DNA of 64,000 bases from a virus: IMG/VR virus record IMGVR_UViG_3300045136_000892; one strand, written 5' to 3'. Shown here one piece after another: positions 1 to 8,710 of the stretch. Made by a program: the position numbers and the translations under genes. The notes beneath the pieces are model-generated. The model was not told the DNA's origin, did not search any database, and worked only from the letters and a program-made list of their open reading frames with translations. Positions within the stretch are counted from its first letter, which is position 1. Each line of letters begins with the position of its first letter.

Positions 1-3
1 GCG

Positions 4-810
4 GTGGTGACAACGAGCGGGGCGGCCCTGACGGCGAACGCGATGGTGGCCAACGGCATCTACACGCTGGTCTACGACGCCAACGGCAACCGATGGCAGC
101 TCCAGGGGTTCACCGCGGCCTCGGCCACCGGGCTGCTCCCGGCGAACAATCTCTCCGACGTGTCGAACCCGGAGCAAGCGCTCATTAATATCGGTGGCAG
201 GGTGCCGACGGGCATCTGCTGGCCGTTGCTGGTCAACACCATCCCCTCCGGCTGGCTGCTCTGCTCCGGCCAGACCATCGGCTCCGCCTCTTCCGGGGCC
301 ACGGCACGGGCCAACGCCGACACGCAGGCCCTGTTCAACGCACTGTGGGCCGACTACACGGACGCCGAAATCCCGATCTTTACGAGCGGCGGCGCGGCCT
401 CGATTCGCGGCGTGGATGCGGCGACTGACTGGGCGGCGAACAAGCGGATCAGCCTGCCGGACCTCCGGGGCCGAGGGCTGTTCGGCCGGGACAACATGGG
501 CGGATCGGCCGCGAATCGCATTACCAATGCCGGCTCTGGCGTCACGGGCACGACGCTCGGCGCGACTGGCGGCGCCGAGAACGTGACGCTGACGGTAAAC
601 CAGATCCCCGGCCACACGCACGAGATCACCGGCAAGACGGGCGGCGTCGGCGGTACCGGCGCCTACAGCGCGACCCCTTACTTCAGCAACGACGGCAGCG
701 CTCCCTCACCGAGCTATCAGACGAATCCGCCCACCGGCTCCACGGGCGGCGGCCAGGCGCACAACAACATGCCGCCGGGCTTCATCTGCAACTGGATCAT
801 CAAGCTGTAA
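4..810 (+). CDS. Phage tail fibre/collar-domain protein (probably 5'-truncated by window edge)
   Basis: Collar-like motifs PSGWLLCSGQ, LPDLRGR, GGAENVTLTVNQIPGHTH, HNNMPP..NWIIKL. Confidence 0.85.
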   Translation: MVTTSGAALTANAMVANGIYTLVYDANGNRWQLQGFTAASATGLLPANNLSDVSNPEQALINIGGRVPTGICWPLLVNTIPSGWLLCSGQTIGSASSGATARANADTQALFNALWADYTDAEIPIFTSGGAASIRGVDAATDWAANKRISLPDLRGRGLFGRDNMGGSAANRITNAGSGVTGTTLGATGGAENVTLTVNQIPGHTHEITGKTGGVGGTGAYSATPYFSNDGSAPSPSYQTNPPTGSTGGGQAHNNMPPGFICNWIIKL

Positions 811-906
811 ATATCGTGCTTTCCATCAAACCGGTGTATGCCGAGTATTGCGCGGGCGACATGATTCATGCGATAATTTTTATGGTTGCTTTATACAGGG
901 GGCTGC

Positions 907-1125
907 ATGGCTGATGCCGAAGTACAGATCGCAATTCTACAGACCAAGGTAGAGGCGCTCACAACTCAGGTCTCAGAACTCAGTGCTGCGGTCAAGGAGC
1001 TGACGGCCATCATGAACCGCGGCAAGGGGGCCTTCGCCGCCTCGCTCGCACTGGCCGGCGCCATCGGGGCGGGGGTCATGAAACTGGTGATGTATCTGTT
1101 CTCGCTCGGCCAATCGGGTAGATAG
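907..1125 (+). CDS. Small coiled-coil plus C-terminal TM protein (holin-like candidate)
   Basis: ATG at 907; heptad-like N-terminus, hydrophobic AFAASLALAGAIGAGVMKLVMYLF; phage late context. Confidence 0.5.
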   Translation: MADAEVQIAILQTKVEALTTQVSELSAAVKELTAIMNRGKGAFAASLALAGAIGAGVMKLVMYLFSLGQSGR

Positions 1126-1127
1126 CA

Positions 1128-2942
1128 GTGGGAGCGAAGCGCCAGGACATCACCATCGAACAGGGAGCTGACTTCGCCGAGGTGTTCGACCTGCCCGCCT
1201 CGCTCGACCTGAACGGCTTGCAGGCTGCGATGCAGATCAGGGCCGACTACGGATACCCCGTCCCCCTGCTCACACTGACTCTGCAGGGGGGTGGCTTGCT
1301 CCTGGACACGGCCACGAGGCGCATCATGCCAGTGATCAGCGCGGCGACGGCCTCGGCCTTCCTGCCCGGAAGCTACGTGTACGACATCAAGACCCGCGAG
1401 ACGAGCGGGCGCCTGACCCGCACCCACCAAGGGGTGGTGACGGTCAGCCCCGAGGTGACGACCTTCGACTTCTCGGCCGCGCCGTCCCCCTCGCCCGCTC
1501 CGGCTCCCGCTCCCGCCCCGAGCCCGTCTCCGGCGCCGGCCCCCGCGCCTGCGCCCGCTCCGGCGCCGGCACCTCCTCCCGATCCCGTCGAATACCTGAG
1601 CGACGGAAACGGCAACACGATCACCGACCATCTGAACAACCCGATCGACATCAGGCCGGTGCCAGTCCCCATCATCCTGAGCGGGAACAGCCACTCGGTG
1701 ACGGAAGGGCAGAACCTGATCTTCGGCCTCACGGCGGACGTCCCCGTGACCTGGAGCCTGGAAGGCCCGGACGCGGGCTTGTTCTCCCTTGCCGGGAACA
1801 TCGTCACGCTGCCCTACAAGGACTACGAAGCCCCGGCTGACGCCAACGCCGACAACGTGTACGAGCTGACGGTGCGGGCGACGAACGCCGAAGGGAATGC
1901 GGCGACGAAGGCGGTGCGGGTGACGGTGATGAACATCGTGGATGATACGTCTCCGCTACCGTTCACCTTCATGGACGTGCTGACCACACAGCGCTCGACG
2001 CCGTTCACGAGCAACACGGTCACGGTCAGCGGCGTGAACGTGCCGACCCCGCTCAGCATCTCCGGCGGGGAGTATTCGATCAACGGCGGAGCCTACTCCT
2101 CGGCCAGCGTGAACGTCTTCGACGGCGACACGATAACCCTGCGGGTGACATCCTCGGCCGACGGCACGCCGGCAGTCGCCACGCTCACCGTGGGCACCTA
2201 TTCGGCCAACTTCGGGGTGTACGATGACCCGCCGCCGCCGGTCACCTCCGGGCTCCAGCTCTGGCTGACCAGCACGGACCTTGCCGATTTCACCGTCACG
2301 AACGGCGCCATCAGCCAGTGGAATGACCGCAGCGGGAATGGCAACCACGTGACGCAGTCGACGGAGGCGAACCAGCCTACCATCGGGACGCGCACACTCA
2401 ATAACCGGAACGCGCCCGACTTCCTGGGAACGACGGCTCAGTACCTGCTACTACCCTCCGCGCTCAACTCCATTCCAGGCGTAAGCAACACAATCTTAAT
2501 AGTCGCGCTGTCCGATACCGGAACAGGCTCTAGCGGAGCGCAGGCGCTGCTGAGGGCAAACACGACCAGCTTCCAGATGCAGCTCAACCCGGGCAGCACC
2601 CGGATCGAGAACCGGAACCACACCAGCACCAACGTCTTCACGACGATCACCAAGAACAACACGGCCAACATCTTCGCCCAGTGTCGCAACGGCTCGGCGC
2701 TGACGGCCTGCTTCAACACCACGCAGACGGTGAATGCCTCCGGGGCGAACAACGTCACCGTGACGGACATCGGCCTCGGCGCGAACCCCAGCGGCTCCGC
2801 CCCGTTCAACGGGATGATCGTGGAGGTGCTGGTCTACAACCGGGCGCTCACGCTGGTCGAGGCCAACCAGGTGGCCGACTACCTGAAAGAAAAGTGGAAC
2901 GTGACCAACTTCTCGGGCTCCTACACGTCCGGCTTCGCCTAA
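1128..2942 (+). CDS. Phage tail/receptor-binding protein: BppU-like N-domain, Pro-Ala linker, cadherin/Ig-like domains, LamG-like C-domain
   Basis: DITIEQGADF..YVYDI N-terminus; (PA)n linker; DYEAPADANADNVYEL; LQLWL..SQWNDRSGNGNH..FNGMIVEVLVYNRAL. Confidence 0.7.
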   Translation: MGAKRQDITIEQGADFAEVFDLPASLDLNGLQAAMQIRADYGYPVPLLTLTLQGGGLLLDTATRRIMPVISAATASAFLPGSYVYDIKTRETSGRLTRTHQGVVTVSPEVTTFDFSAAPSPSPAPAPAPAPSPSPAPAPAPAPAPAPAPPPDPVEYLSDGNGNTITDHLNNPIDIRPVPVPIILSGNSHSVTEGQNLIFGLTADVPVTWSLEGPDAGLFSLAGNIVTLPYKDYEAPADANADNVYELTVRATNAEGNAATKAVRVTVMNIVDDTSPLPFTFMDVLTTQRSTPFTSNTVTVSGVNVPTPLSISGGEYSINGGAYSSASVNVFDGDTITLRVTSSADGTPAVATLTVGTYSANFGVYDDPPPPVTSGLQLWLTSTDLADFTVTNGAISQWNDRSGNGNHVTQSTEANQPTIGTRTLNNRNAPDFLGTTAQYLLLPSALNSIPGVSNTILIVALSDTGTGSSGAQALLRANTTSFQMQLNPGSTRIENRNHTSTNVFTTITKNNTANIFAQCRNGSALTACFNTTQTVNASGANNVTVTDIGLGANPSGSAPFNGMIVEVLVYNRALTLVEANQVADYLKEKWNVTNFSGSYTSGFA

Positions 2943-2966
2943 CGAATCATACTTTGAGGATGCAAC

Positions 2967-4526
2967 ATGCGGATTAGCCAACTCAATAGCGGAAATGCTC
3001 TCAGCTTCGCCAACCTCATCCCAGGCAGCGCCATGCTGCCGATCGAGCAGGGCGGCATTACATATCCCATAACGGCCCAGGACCTTCTCCAGGCTGGCCA
3101 GCTCTTCATCGACGTGCACGCTTACGGAGCCAAGGGCGATGCGGTTGGCAACCACGACGGCGTGGTGACCGGCGGCACGACGTTTTCCGCGGCCAGCTAC
3201 CAGTTCCCCGCCTCTCGCGTGGGACAGACGATCTATGTGAACGGCAGCGCGAGGGTCATCACCTCGGTCTCGAACGGGGTGGCGACCCTGTCGAGCAGCG
3301 TGACCAATGGCACGGGCATCCCCTGGCTGGTGGGGACGGACGACACCAACGCCATCGAGGCGGCCATGCAGGCTGCCAGGACCGTGGGCGCGGCGGTAGG
3401 GGACGGCTCGACCTCCGAAACGAACTCCTGGGGTCCGATTCCCTTCGGCGGTACGGTCATGCTCCGCTCGGGACGGGGTTACCTCGTCAAGAACACGCAG
3501 GCCCGGTTCGACGCCGGGAAGACCGCCGCCATCGTGGTGCCCCGCCGCTGCGCCCTGCGCGGGGGCGGCATGGGCCAGACGCACATCATTCTTGCGCCCG
3601 GCAATGTCGGCCACGGCGTCACCAACGAGAACTCGCAAATATCGGGCGGTAGCTGGTCGGACTTCCTCCAGGCCCAGGATTTCTCCGTGTTCTGCAACGG
3701 CGGATGGCAGTCCAGCAGTTGCCTCAGCGGCGTCTACGTAAAGGTGGCCTTCAACAATTATGTGAAGACCGACGCCTTCCCCTACATGGCCAACATCCGA
3801 GTCTTCGAGGCCAAGCAGGATGCCTTCTACATCAGCGGGCGAGGCGAAGGCGTGTACTTCAACCTTTTCGCCGGCAATGCCTTCCGCTACGGATTCTTCA
3901 TCGACGGCTCGATGGACAGCCGCTTCTTCGTCTGCAACTCCGGCGGCGCCTTCAAGACCGGCTTCCGGGTCAACAAGTCGGCGAACATCCACCTGACGAA
4001 TTGCAAGTCCTACTACTCGGGCGCGACTGGGGGCAGCAGCAACGCAGACTGCGCCAACTTCGCCCTCCTCGCGGACAGCTTCGTCAACGGTTTGGTCTAC
4101 CTCACGAACTGCGAGGCCCAGGAGAGCCGGGGTTCGGGCTTCTACATCGAGAGCGGCATGAACCTGCTGAATGGCTGCATCTCCTCGGACCCCGGCCGCG
4201 CGGCGTTGGTAGCCACTGGCACGCCGCCCACCGTCCGCGCCGGCTACCACCTGAAGGACGCCAACTCGGCCCACCAGAACCCGAAGTACAACCGCTTCAA
4301 CAGCTGCATCGCCCAGCCGACGCTAACTTTCGATTACAACGACCTGTCCAATACCGCGTCGTGCGGCACCAACGCCCTCTACATTGAGGGGACCGCGAAC
4401 AAGGGGAACATTGGCGACATCTACACCTTCCCCCAGGCCACCTACTCCGACTCGAAGGTGGCAGGGACCGGCACGACGAGCGGCCAGAACACCGGCCTGC
4501 GCGTTGATGGTGTGGCCTTAACCTAA
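2967..4526 (+). CDS. Tailspike-like beta-helix protein (pectate lyase 3-like)
   Basis: DVHAYGAKGD..TDDTNAIEAAMQAA motif followed by Gly/Asn-rich beta-helix-like sequence. Confidence 0.75.
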   Translation: MRISQLNSGNALSFANLIPGSAMLPIEQGGITYPITAQDLLQAGQLFIDVHAYGAKGDAVGNHDGVVTGGTTFSAASYQFPASRVGQTIYVNGSARVITSVSNGVATLSSSVTNGTGIPWLVGTDDTNAIEAAMQAARTVGAAVGDGSTSETNSWGPIPFGGTVMLRSGRGYLVKNTQARFDAGKTAAIVVPRRCALRGGGMGQTHIILAPGNVGHGVTNENSQISGGSWSDFLQAQDFSVFCNGGWQSSSCLSGVYVKVAFNNYVKTDAFPYMANIRVFEAKQDAFYISGRGEGVYFNLFAGNAFRYGFFIDGSMDSRFFVCNSGGAFKTGFRVNKSANIHLTNCKSYYSGATGGSSNADCANFALLADSFVNGLVYLTNCEAQESRGSGFYIESGMNLLNGCISSDPGRAALVATGTPPTVRAGYHLKDANSAHQNPKYNRFNSCIAQPTLTFDYNDLSNTASCGTNALYIEGTANKGNIGDIYTFPQATYSDSKVAGTGTTSGQNTGLRVDGVALT

Positions 4527-4542
4527 ACCGAAAGGGCAGCAC

Positions 4543-4896
4543 ATGATCGCACTCATCGAAAGGCGGTATCACCAAGTCAGCATCGCGTCCGGCCAGAACA
4601 TGACGGACCCGATCAATCTACAAAACGACTCGTTGGCCGGGATCATTTTCCCCGACGTTGACATGACAAACAGCACGCTGAAGCTGCAGGTGTCGGACAA
4701 GCCTGACACCGGGTTCGTCACACTCAAGGAAGGGCGCGGGGCTGGGGCCAGTGACTTCACGATCAACGTCTACCGTAACCAGGCGATCAGCTTCGAAAAC
4801 CTCGCACTCCTCGCCGGCTGGAAGTACGTTCGCCTCGCCGGGGCCCAGGCAGAGGCCGCAGCCCGCCAACTGATCCTGGCCCTGCGGCCTGTCTAA
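4543..4896 (+). CDS. Hypothetical phage virion protein
   Basis: 117-aa ORF in operon, TAATG-coupled to next gene. Confidence 0.6.
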   Translation: MIALIERRYHQVSIASGQNMTDPINLQNDSLAGIIFPDVDMTNSTLKLQVSDKPDTGFVTLKEGRGAGASDFTINVYRNQAISFENLALLAGWKYVRLAGAQAEAAARQLILALRPV

Positions 4897-5939
4897 TGCG
4901 CCTGCTCACACTCCTTAAGCCGCCCGCTGCAGGGGCGGCAGACACCACCGCCCCCAGCGGCTATTCGGTCGTGTTCACGACCGACCCGATCAGCGACGCC
5001 AACGCCCCGGCAGCGGCCTTCCAGTTTTCCGGGGCGGAGGTGGGCTGCACGTTCAACTACACCATCACCAGCTCGGGGGGAGGCACGCCGGTCACCGGAT
5101 CTGGCACGATCAGCAGCTCGAACCAGAGCGTCACCGGCATCAACGTGTCCGGCCTGAGCGACGGCACGCTCACCCTTTCGGCAACTCTGACCGACGCGGC
5201 GAACAACACCGGCAGCGCCGCCACCGCTACCGTGACGAAGGCGTTCGTGCCCACCGACATCTCCAGCATGGCCCTGTGGCTGGATGCGGCGGATACCAGC
5301 AGCATCACCGCCTCGGGCGGTGCGGTGAGCCAGTGGAGCGACAAGTCGGGCAATGGCCGCCACGCCACCCAGGGCACAGCCGGGAACCGCCCGACGACCG
5401 GCACGCGCACGCTCAACAGCAGAAACGTGCTTGACTTCGTGCGGACCTCGCAACACCTGCTGGAGCTCCCGTCGGGCATGTACGGGGTTTCGGCGGGGGC
5501 AAACACGGTCATCATCGTGGCCGCAGCAGACGACACCACGAACAACCAGAGGTTCTACAACGGCAGCAACGCAGGCACTACCAACGTCACCGCCCGCTAC
5601 GGGTCCACCACGACCTTCTCGGTGCAGAACCGCACCGCCGTCGCCTTCACGAACATCACCATCACCCGGAACACCAGCGCCCACGCGCTGGGCTACCGTC
5701 GGTCAGGGACGGCCATTACCCCGTTCTATGACGGCGCTGACGGCACGCCGGGCAGCAACGCGCAGGACTGCACCTTGACCTCTCTGGGCATCGGGCGCGA
5801 CTCCGCGAACACCACCGACAGCCTCGACGGGATCGTCGCCGAGGTGCTTGTGTACGCCAAGTCCCTGTCGAACGCAGAACTTAACAAGATCGGCAGCTAC
5901 CTGGCGAGCAAGTGGGGAATTGCCTGGACCGGGGTGTAA
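4896..5939 (+). CDS. Phage virion protein with Ig-like and LamG-like domains
   Basis: DGTLTLSATLTDAANN Ig-like stretch; LWLDAAD..SQWSDKSGNGRHATQ; paralogous to C-terminus of 1128-2942. Confidence 0.7.
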   Translation: MRLLTLLKPPAAGAADTTAPSGYSVVFTTDPISDANAPAAAFQFSGAEVGCTFNYTITSSGGGTPVTGSGTISSSNQSVTGINVSGLSDGTLTLSATLTDAANNTGSAATATVTKAFVPTDISSMALWLDAADTSSITASGGAVSQWSDKSGNGRHATQGTAGNRPTTGTRTLNSRNVLDFVRTSQHLLELPSGMYGVSAGANTVIIVAAADDTTNNQRFYNGSNAGTTNVTARYGSTTTFSVQNRTAVAFTNITITRNTSAHALGYRRSGTAITPFYDGADGTPGSNAQDCTLTSLGIGRDSANTTDSLDGIVAEVLVYAKSLSNAELNKIGSYLASKWGIAWTGV

Positions 5940-5984
5940 GCCCATGTAGGGCGATGAGAACCTGAAAACAAGCAGAAAGGGACA

Positions 5985-6701
5985 ATGACCATGACCACCC
6001 CGACCGTGCATGACCTGGACATCCTCTCCCGAACTCTTTACGGCGAAGCCGAGGCGGGAAACGCCGCGGACGCCAAGGCCATCGCCTCGGTGGTTATGAA
6101 TCGCGCCAGGTACCGGAACTGGCCCGACACGGCCGCCGAGGTCTGTCTCCAGCCCTGGCAGTTCTCCTGCTGGAACGCCAATGACCCGAACCGTGCCCGC
6201 ATCCTGGCCGCAAAAGGCCCGTGGTTCGATCGGTGCCGCGAGATAGCCTCGGCCGCCCTGAGCGGGGCCTTACCGGACCCGACCAGCGGCAGCACGCACT
6301 ACTACGCCACGTTCATTAAAAAGCCGAAATGGGCCAAGGGCAAGCAACCCGTCTACCGTGTGACCCATAACCGGGGCCACGAACACCTGTTCTTCAACGA
6401 CGTCGACACGAAGCCCCCGGCCACGCCTAAGGAAGCACTCGACCAGCAACGCCCGCTGGCCCGCACCCGCACCATGTCTGCCTCCGGTGCGCTGGCGGGG
6501 ACCGGCGTCGTTGCTGTCGGCACCGGCTTGGCTGACCAGGTGAACCAGATGGCCCCGGCTGTTACCGTCGTTCGCGACGTAGCCGAGAGCGCCCACGAAC
6601 ACCCCGACGGCCTGCTTATCGTGTTCGGCCTGGTGGTGATCGCTGCCGCCGCATTCATCATGTGGAGCCGCTGGGACGACCGCCGCAGGGGGCTGCGGTG
6701 A
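5985..6701 (+). CDS. Endolysin, SleB/Hydrolase_2 cell-wall hydrolase with C-terminal TM segment
   Basis: LSRTLYGEA..ASVVMNR..VCLQPWQFSCWN..DPTSGSTHYYA..HLFFN; lies before spanins. Confidence 0.85.
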   Translation: MTMTTPTVHDLDILSRTLYGEAEAGNAADAKAIASVVMNRARYRNWPDTAAEVCLQPWQFSCWNANDPNRARILAAKGPWFDRCREIASAALSGALPDPTSGSTHYYATFIKKPKWAKGKQPVYRVTHNRGHEHLFFNDVDTKPPATPKEALDQQRPLARTRTMSASGALAGTGVVAVGTGLADQVNQMAPAVTVVRDVAESAHEHPDGLLIVFGLVVIAAAAFIMWSRWDDRRRGLR

Positions 6702-7030
6702 ACCCCGCGCTGATCCGGATGGGCCTCCTCACGCTGGCCGTTCTATCCGTCTTCCTCGGAGGATACTTCGTCAAGGGCAAGATCGAGGAGGCTGAGCAGG
6801 CCGACGTGCTGCGCCAGCAGATCAGGGCCCAGGTCGAGCGACAGGACAAGCTGGCCGCCAAGGCTGAGGCGGTGGAGGCTGAGCTCGCTGTCCTGCGGCA
6901 AAAGCAGTCAACCATCAACCGAAAGTGGAGTGAACTCCGTGCTCAAGAACCTTCTCCTTGCCTGCTTGGCGATAGCCGTATCGGGCTGCTCCGCGATGCC
7001 ACCGGCCCCGTGGGCGAGACCCCACGCTAA
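6698..7030 (+). CDS. Rz-like inner-membrane spanin
   Basis: GTGA overlap with endolysin stop; N-terminal TM then coiled coil; overlapped by lipoprotein ORF. Confidence 0.75.
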   Translation: MNPALIRMGLLTLAVLSVFLGGYFVKGKIEEAEQADVLRQQIRAQVERQDKLAAKAEAVEAELAVLRQKQSTINRKWSELRAQEPSPCLLGDSRIGLLRDATGPVGETPR

Positions 7031-7166
7031 CCTCACGGCCAAATGCCCACCCCTGCGGCAGTTCGAGGGCCGCACCGCCGACGACCTGATCACCGACTAC
7101 CTGGAACTCGTCGTCATGTACCGCGATTGCTCTGCCCGCCACGCCGGATTGGTGGACTCGCTGTGA
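6930..7166 (+). CDS. Rz1-like outer-membrane lipoprotein spanin
   Basis: Signal peptide with lipobox AVSG-C, Pro-rich, Cys pair; overlaps Rz in another frame. Confidence 0.8.
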   Translation: MNSVLKNLLLACLAIAVSGCSAMPPAPWARPHANLTAKCPPLRQFEGRTADDLITDYLELVVMYRDCSARHAGLVDSL

Positions 7167-7263
7167 TCCTGTTGCGCGTCGTCCGCGGCTGCCAAGCCCG
7201 CGAGCGTCTGCATGCGCGCCTGACCGGCCTGGTGCTCTTCGCCGCCTACGGTCGGAGCCCAGG

Positions 7264-7425
7264 ATGATCGCCGTATGCGATTTCTGCGGGGATGGGCGGG
7301 GCAAGATACTCGTTGCCAATCCCTCGCGGAACGTGCATATCTGCGAGAACTGCGTGGAACTCTGCCTTTGGCGGATCGAAAAGGAGAAGGAATGTACTGG
7401 CGATACTGGATCATCTTCGCGGTGA
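7264..7425 (+). CDS. 53-aa ClpX C4-type zinc-finger-like protein (not in ORF track)
   Basis: MIAVCDFCGDGRGKILVANPSRNVHICENCVELC resembles ClpX zinc-binding domain CSFCG..ICDECVELC. Confidence 0.65.
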   Translation: MIAVCDFCGDGRGKILVANPSRNVHICENCVELCLWRIEKEKECTGDTGSSSR

Positions 7426-7499
7426 CGATGGCCCTCATGTCGGGCTGCACACCGTACCCACTGTTTCCCCTGGTATTCGAGCCCCATGAACGCCGTTAA
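7392..7499 (+). CDS. Small putative lipoprotein (35 aa)
   Basis: RBS AGGAGAAGGA; MYWRYWIIFAVTMALMSG-C lipobox. Confidence 0.4.
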   Translation: MYWRYWIIFAVTMALMSGCTPYPLFPLVFEPHERR

Positions 7500-7743
7500 C
7501 CCTTCCTTCGTCGCCCGCGAGGCCGAGCGCATGGCTCAGAATGCCAGCGGCAAGCAGGCCATGTTCTTGAACCAAATTGCCATCGGCTGCATGGTCCTGA
7601 TGGCTTTGCCGTGCGCCATTCAAGCTGCGCAGTCCATCTTCCGTCCCATCTCCCACCTGACCCACGCGCAGCGGATAAATATGGAGCGGGTCGGCCGCCG
7701 GCTCGACGAGCGAAGCATGTGGGCGGGGGACCGGAGGCGGTAG
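7486..7743 (+). CDS. Hypothetical small membrane protein
   Basis: 85-aa ORF with one hydrophobic segment. Confidence 0.45.
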   Translation: MNAVNPSFVAREAERMAQNASGKQAMFLNQIAIGCMVLMALPCAIQAAQSIFRPISHLTHAQRINMERVGRRLDERSMWAGDRRR

Positions 7744-7773
7744 AACCCCGGCCGAGCTGCCCGCGTACCCTCC

Positions 7774-8328
7774 TCAAAGGGTCTGAATCGTGGCGCCCTC
7801 GAGCATCTTCTCGATCGTGGCGTTATCGAGCATCCTCTCCGCGTCTGCCGAGTCCACCGGCACGCGGATCAGGGCCCAGATGATCTGGAACCGCGGCCTG
7901 ACGATGGCCACCTTCGCCCGGACCCTCTCCGCCAGCCGCCGAGAGAAGAACAGGTGCCGCTCCGGCTCCTTCCCCGGCTCGTACGGCCCCACCCCCATCG
8001 AGTTCCAGTACCGCTTGTAGGCCCCGCAGTCCGTGTGGTCGAGGATGACCAGGCCGTTGATCGCGTGGGCCTCGATCGCGAGGAAGAGCGTCTCGTAGAA
8101 CGTCTGCTCCCAGTGCGGCTTCTGGTCGGGGCCGAAGTCCAGTTGCGGGGCGAGCGACGCGCCGGCCAGGATCGTCTGGTCGTACTCCTTCCTCGTGACG
8201 TCGTACCCCAGGTAACGCATGATCCCCGGTATCTGGGCCTGGATACGGTGGTCGATGCAGGTGAGCAGCAGCACCTTGGCCTCGTTCGAGCTCAGGAACT
8301 CGCGCGCCTTCTCGCGGTCGTCGGCCAT
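7774..8328 (-). CDS. Beta-class carbonic anhydrase-like protein
   Basis: Zn ligands C-I-D-H-R and H-T-D-C-G; likely start MADDREK at 8328. Confidence 0.8.
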   Translation of the reverse strand: MADDREKAREFLSSNEAKVLLLTCIDHRIQAQIPGIMRYLGYDVTRKEYDQTILAGASLAPQLDFGPDQKPHWEQTFYETLFLAIEAHAINGLVILDHTDCGAYKRYWNSMGVGPYEPGKEPERHLFFSRRLAERVRAKVAIVRPRFQIIWALIRVPVDSADAERMLDNATIEKMLEGATIQTL

Positions 8329-8423
8329 GGCAGCATCCTGTGGGTTGGGGGATCTGGCGGGTTCGAGCATACTCGCCGGAAAGGGCGCCAGCCACAACGA
8401 AAACCGCGAGATGGGATCGGTGA

Positions 8424-8499
8424 TGGAGCGGGGTGCCGGATTCGAACCGAGCTCCTCCAGCTTGGAAGGCTGGCGTGCAACCGTCAGCACTTACCCCGC
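8424..8499 (-). tRNA. tRNA-Gly(TCC), atypical (A8/U14, bulged T-stem)
   Basis: GCGGGGT/ACCCCGC acceptor, U73, encoded CCA, CCAGC-CTTCCAA-GCTGG anticodon arm, TTCGAAT loop. Confidence 0.8.
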
Positions 8500-8710
8500 G
8501 ATCAGTGCTGCGGCTCCCGGTTGATTCCGGCTGGCTCGCTTCGTTCGGCTCCCAGGGGCCTACCCGCTCACCTACAGCTTCGCACCTCAATTGGCGCCGC
8601 CGCAGCAAGCTCACCCTATCCGCCCCAGTGCAATAGCGCAACTCCTTTCTGGTTGCCATTTTCATCATTCCCGGCATACTGGCTGCGTCAACCACCGCCG
8701 CCCGTCCTGA

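Noticed and set aside
1476-1585. Tandem DNA repeat
   Set aside because: Codon-degenerate Pro-Ala linker within a CDS
2240-5939. Diversity-generating retroelement template/variable repeats
   Set aside because: No reverse transcriptase; differences are not adenine-specific and both copies are coding
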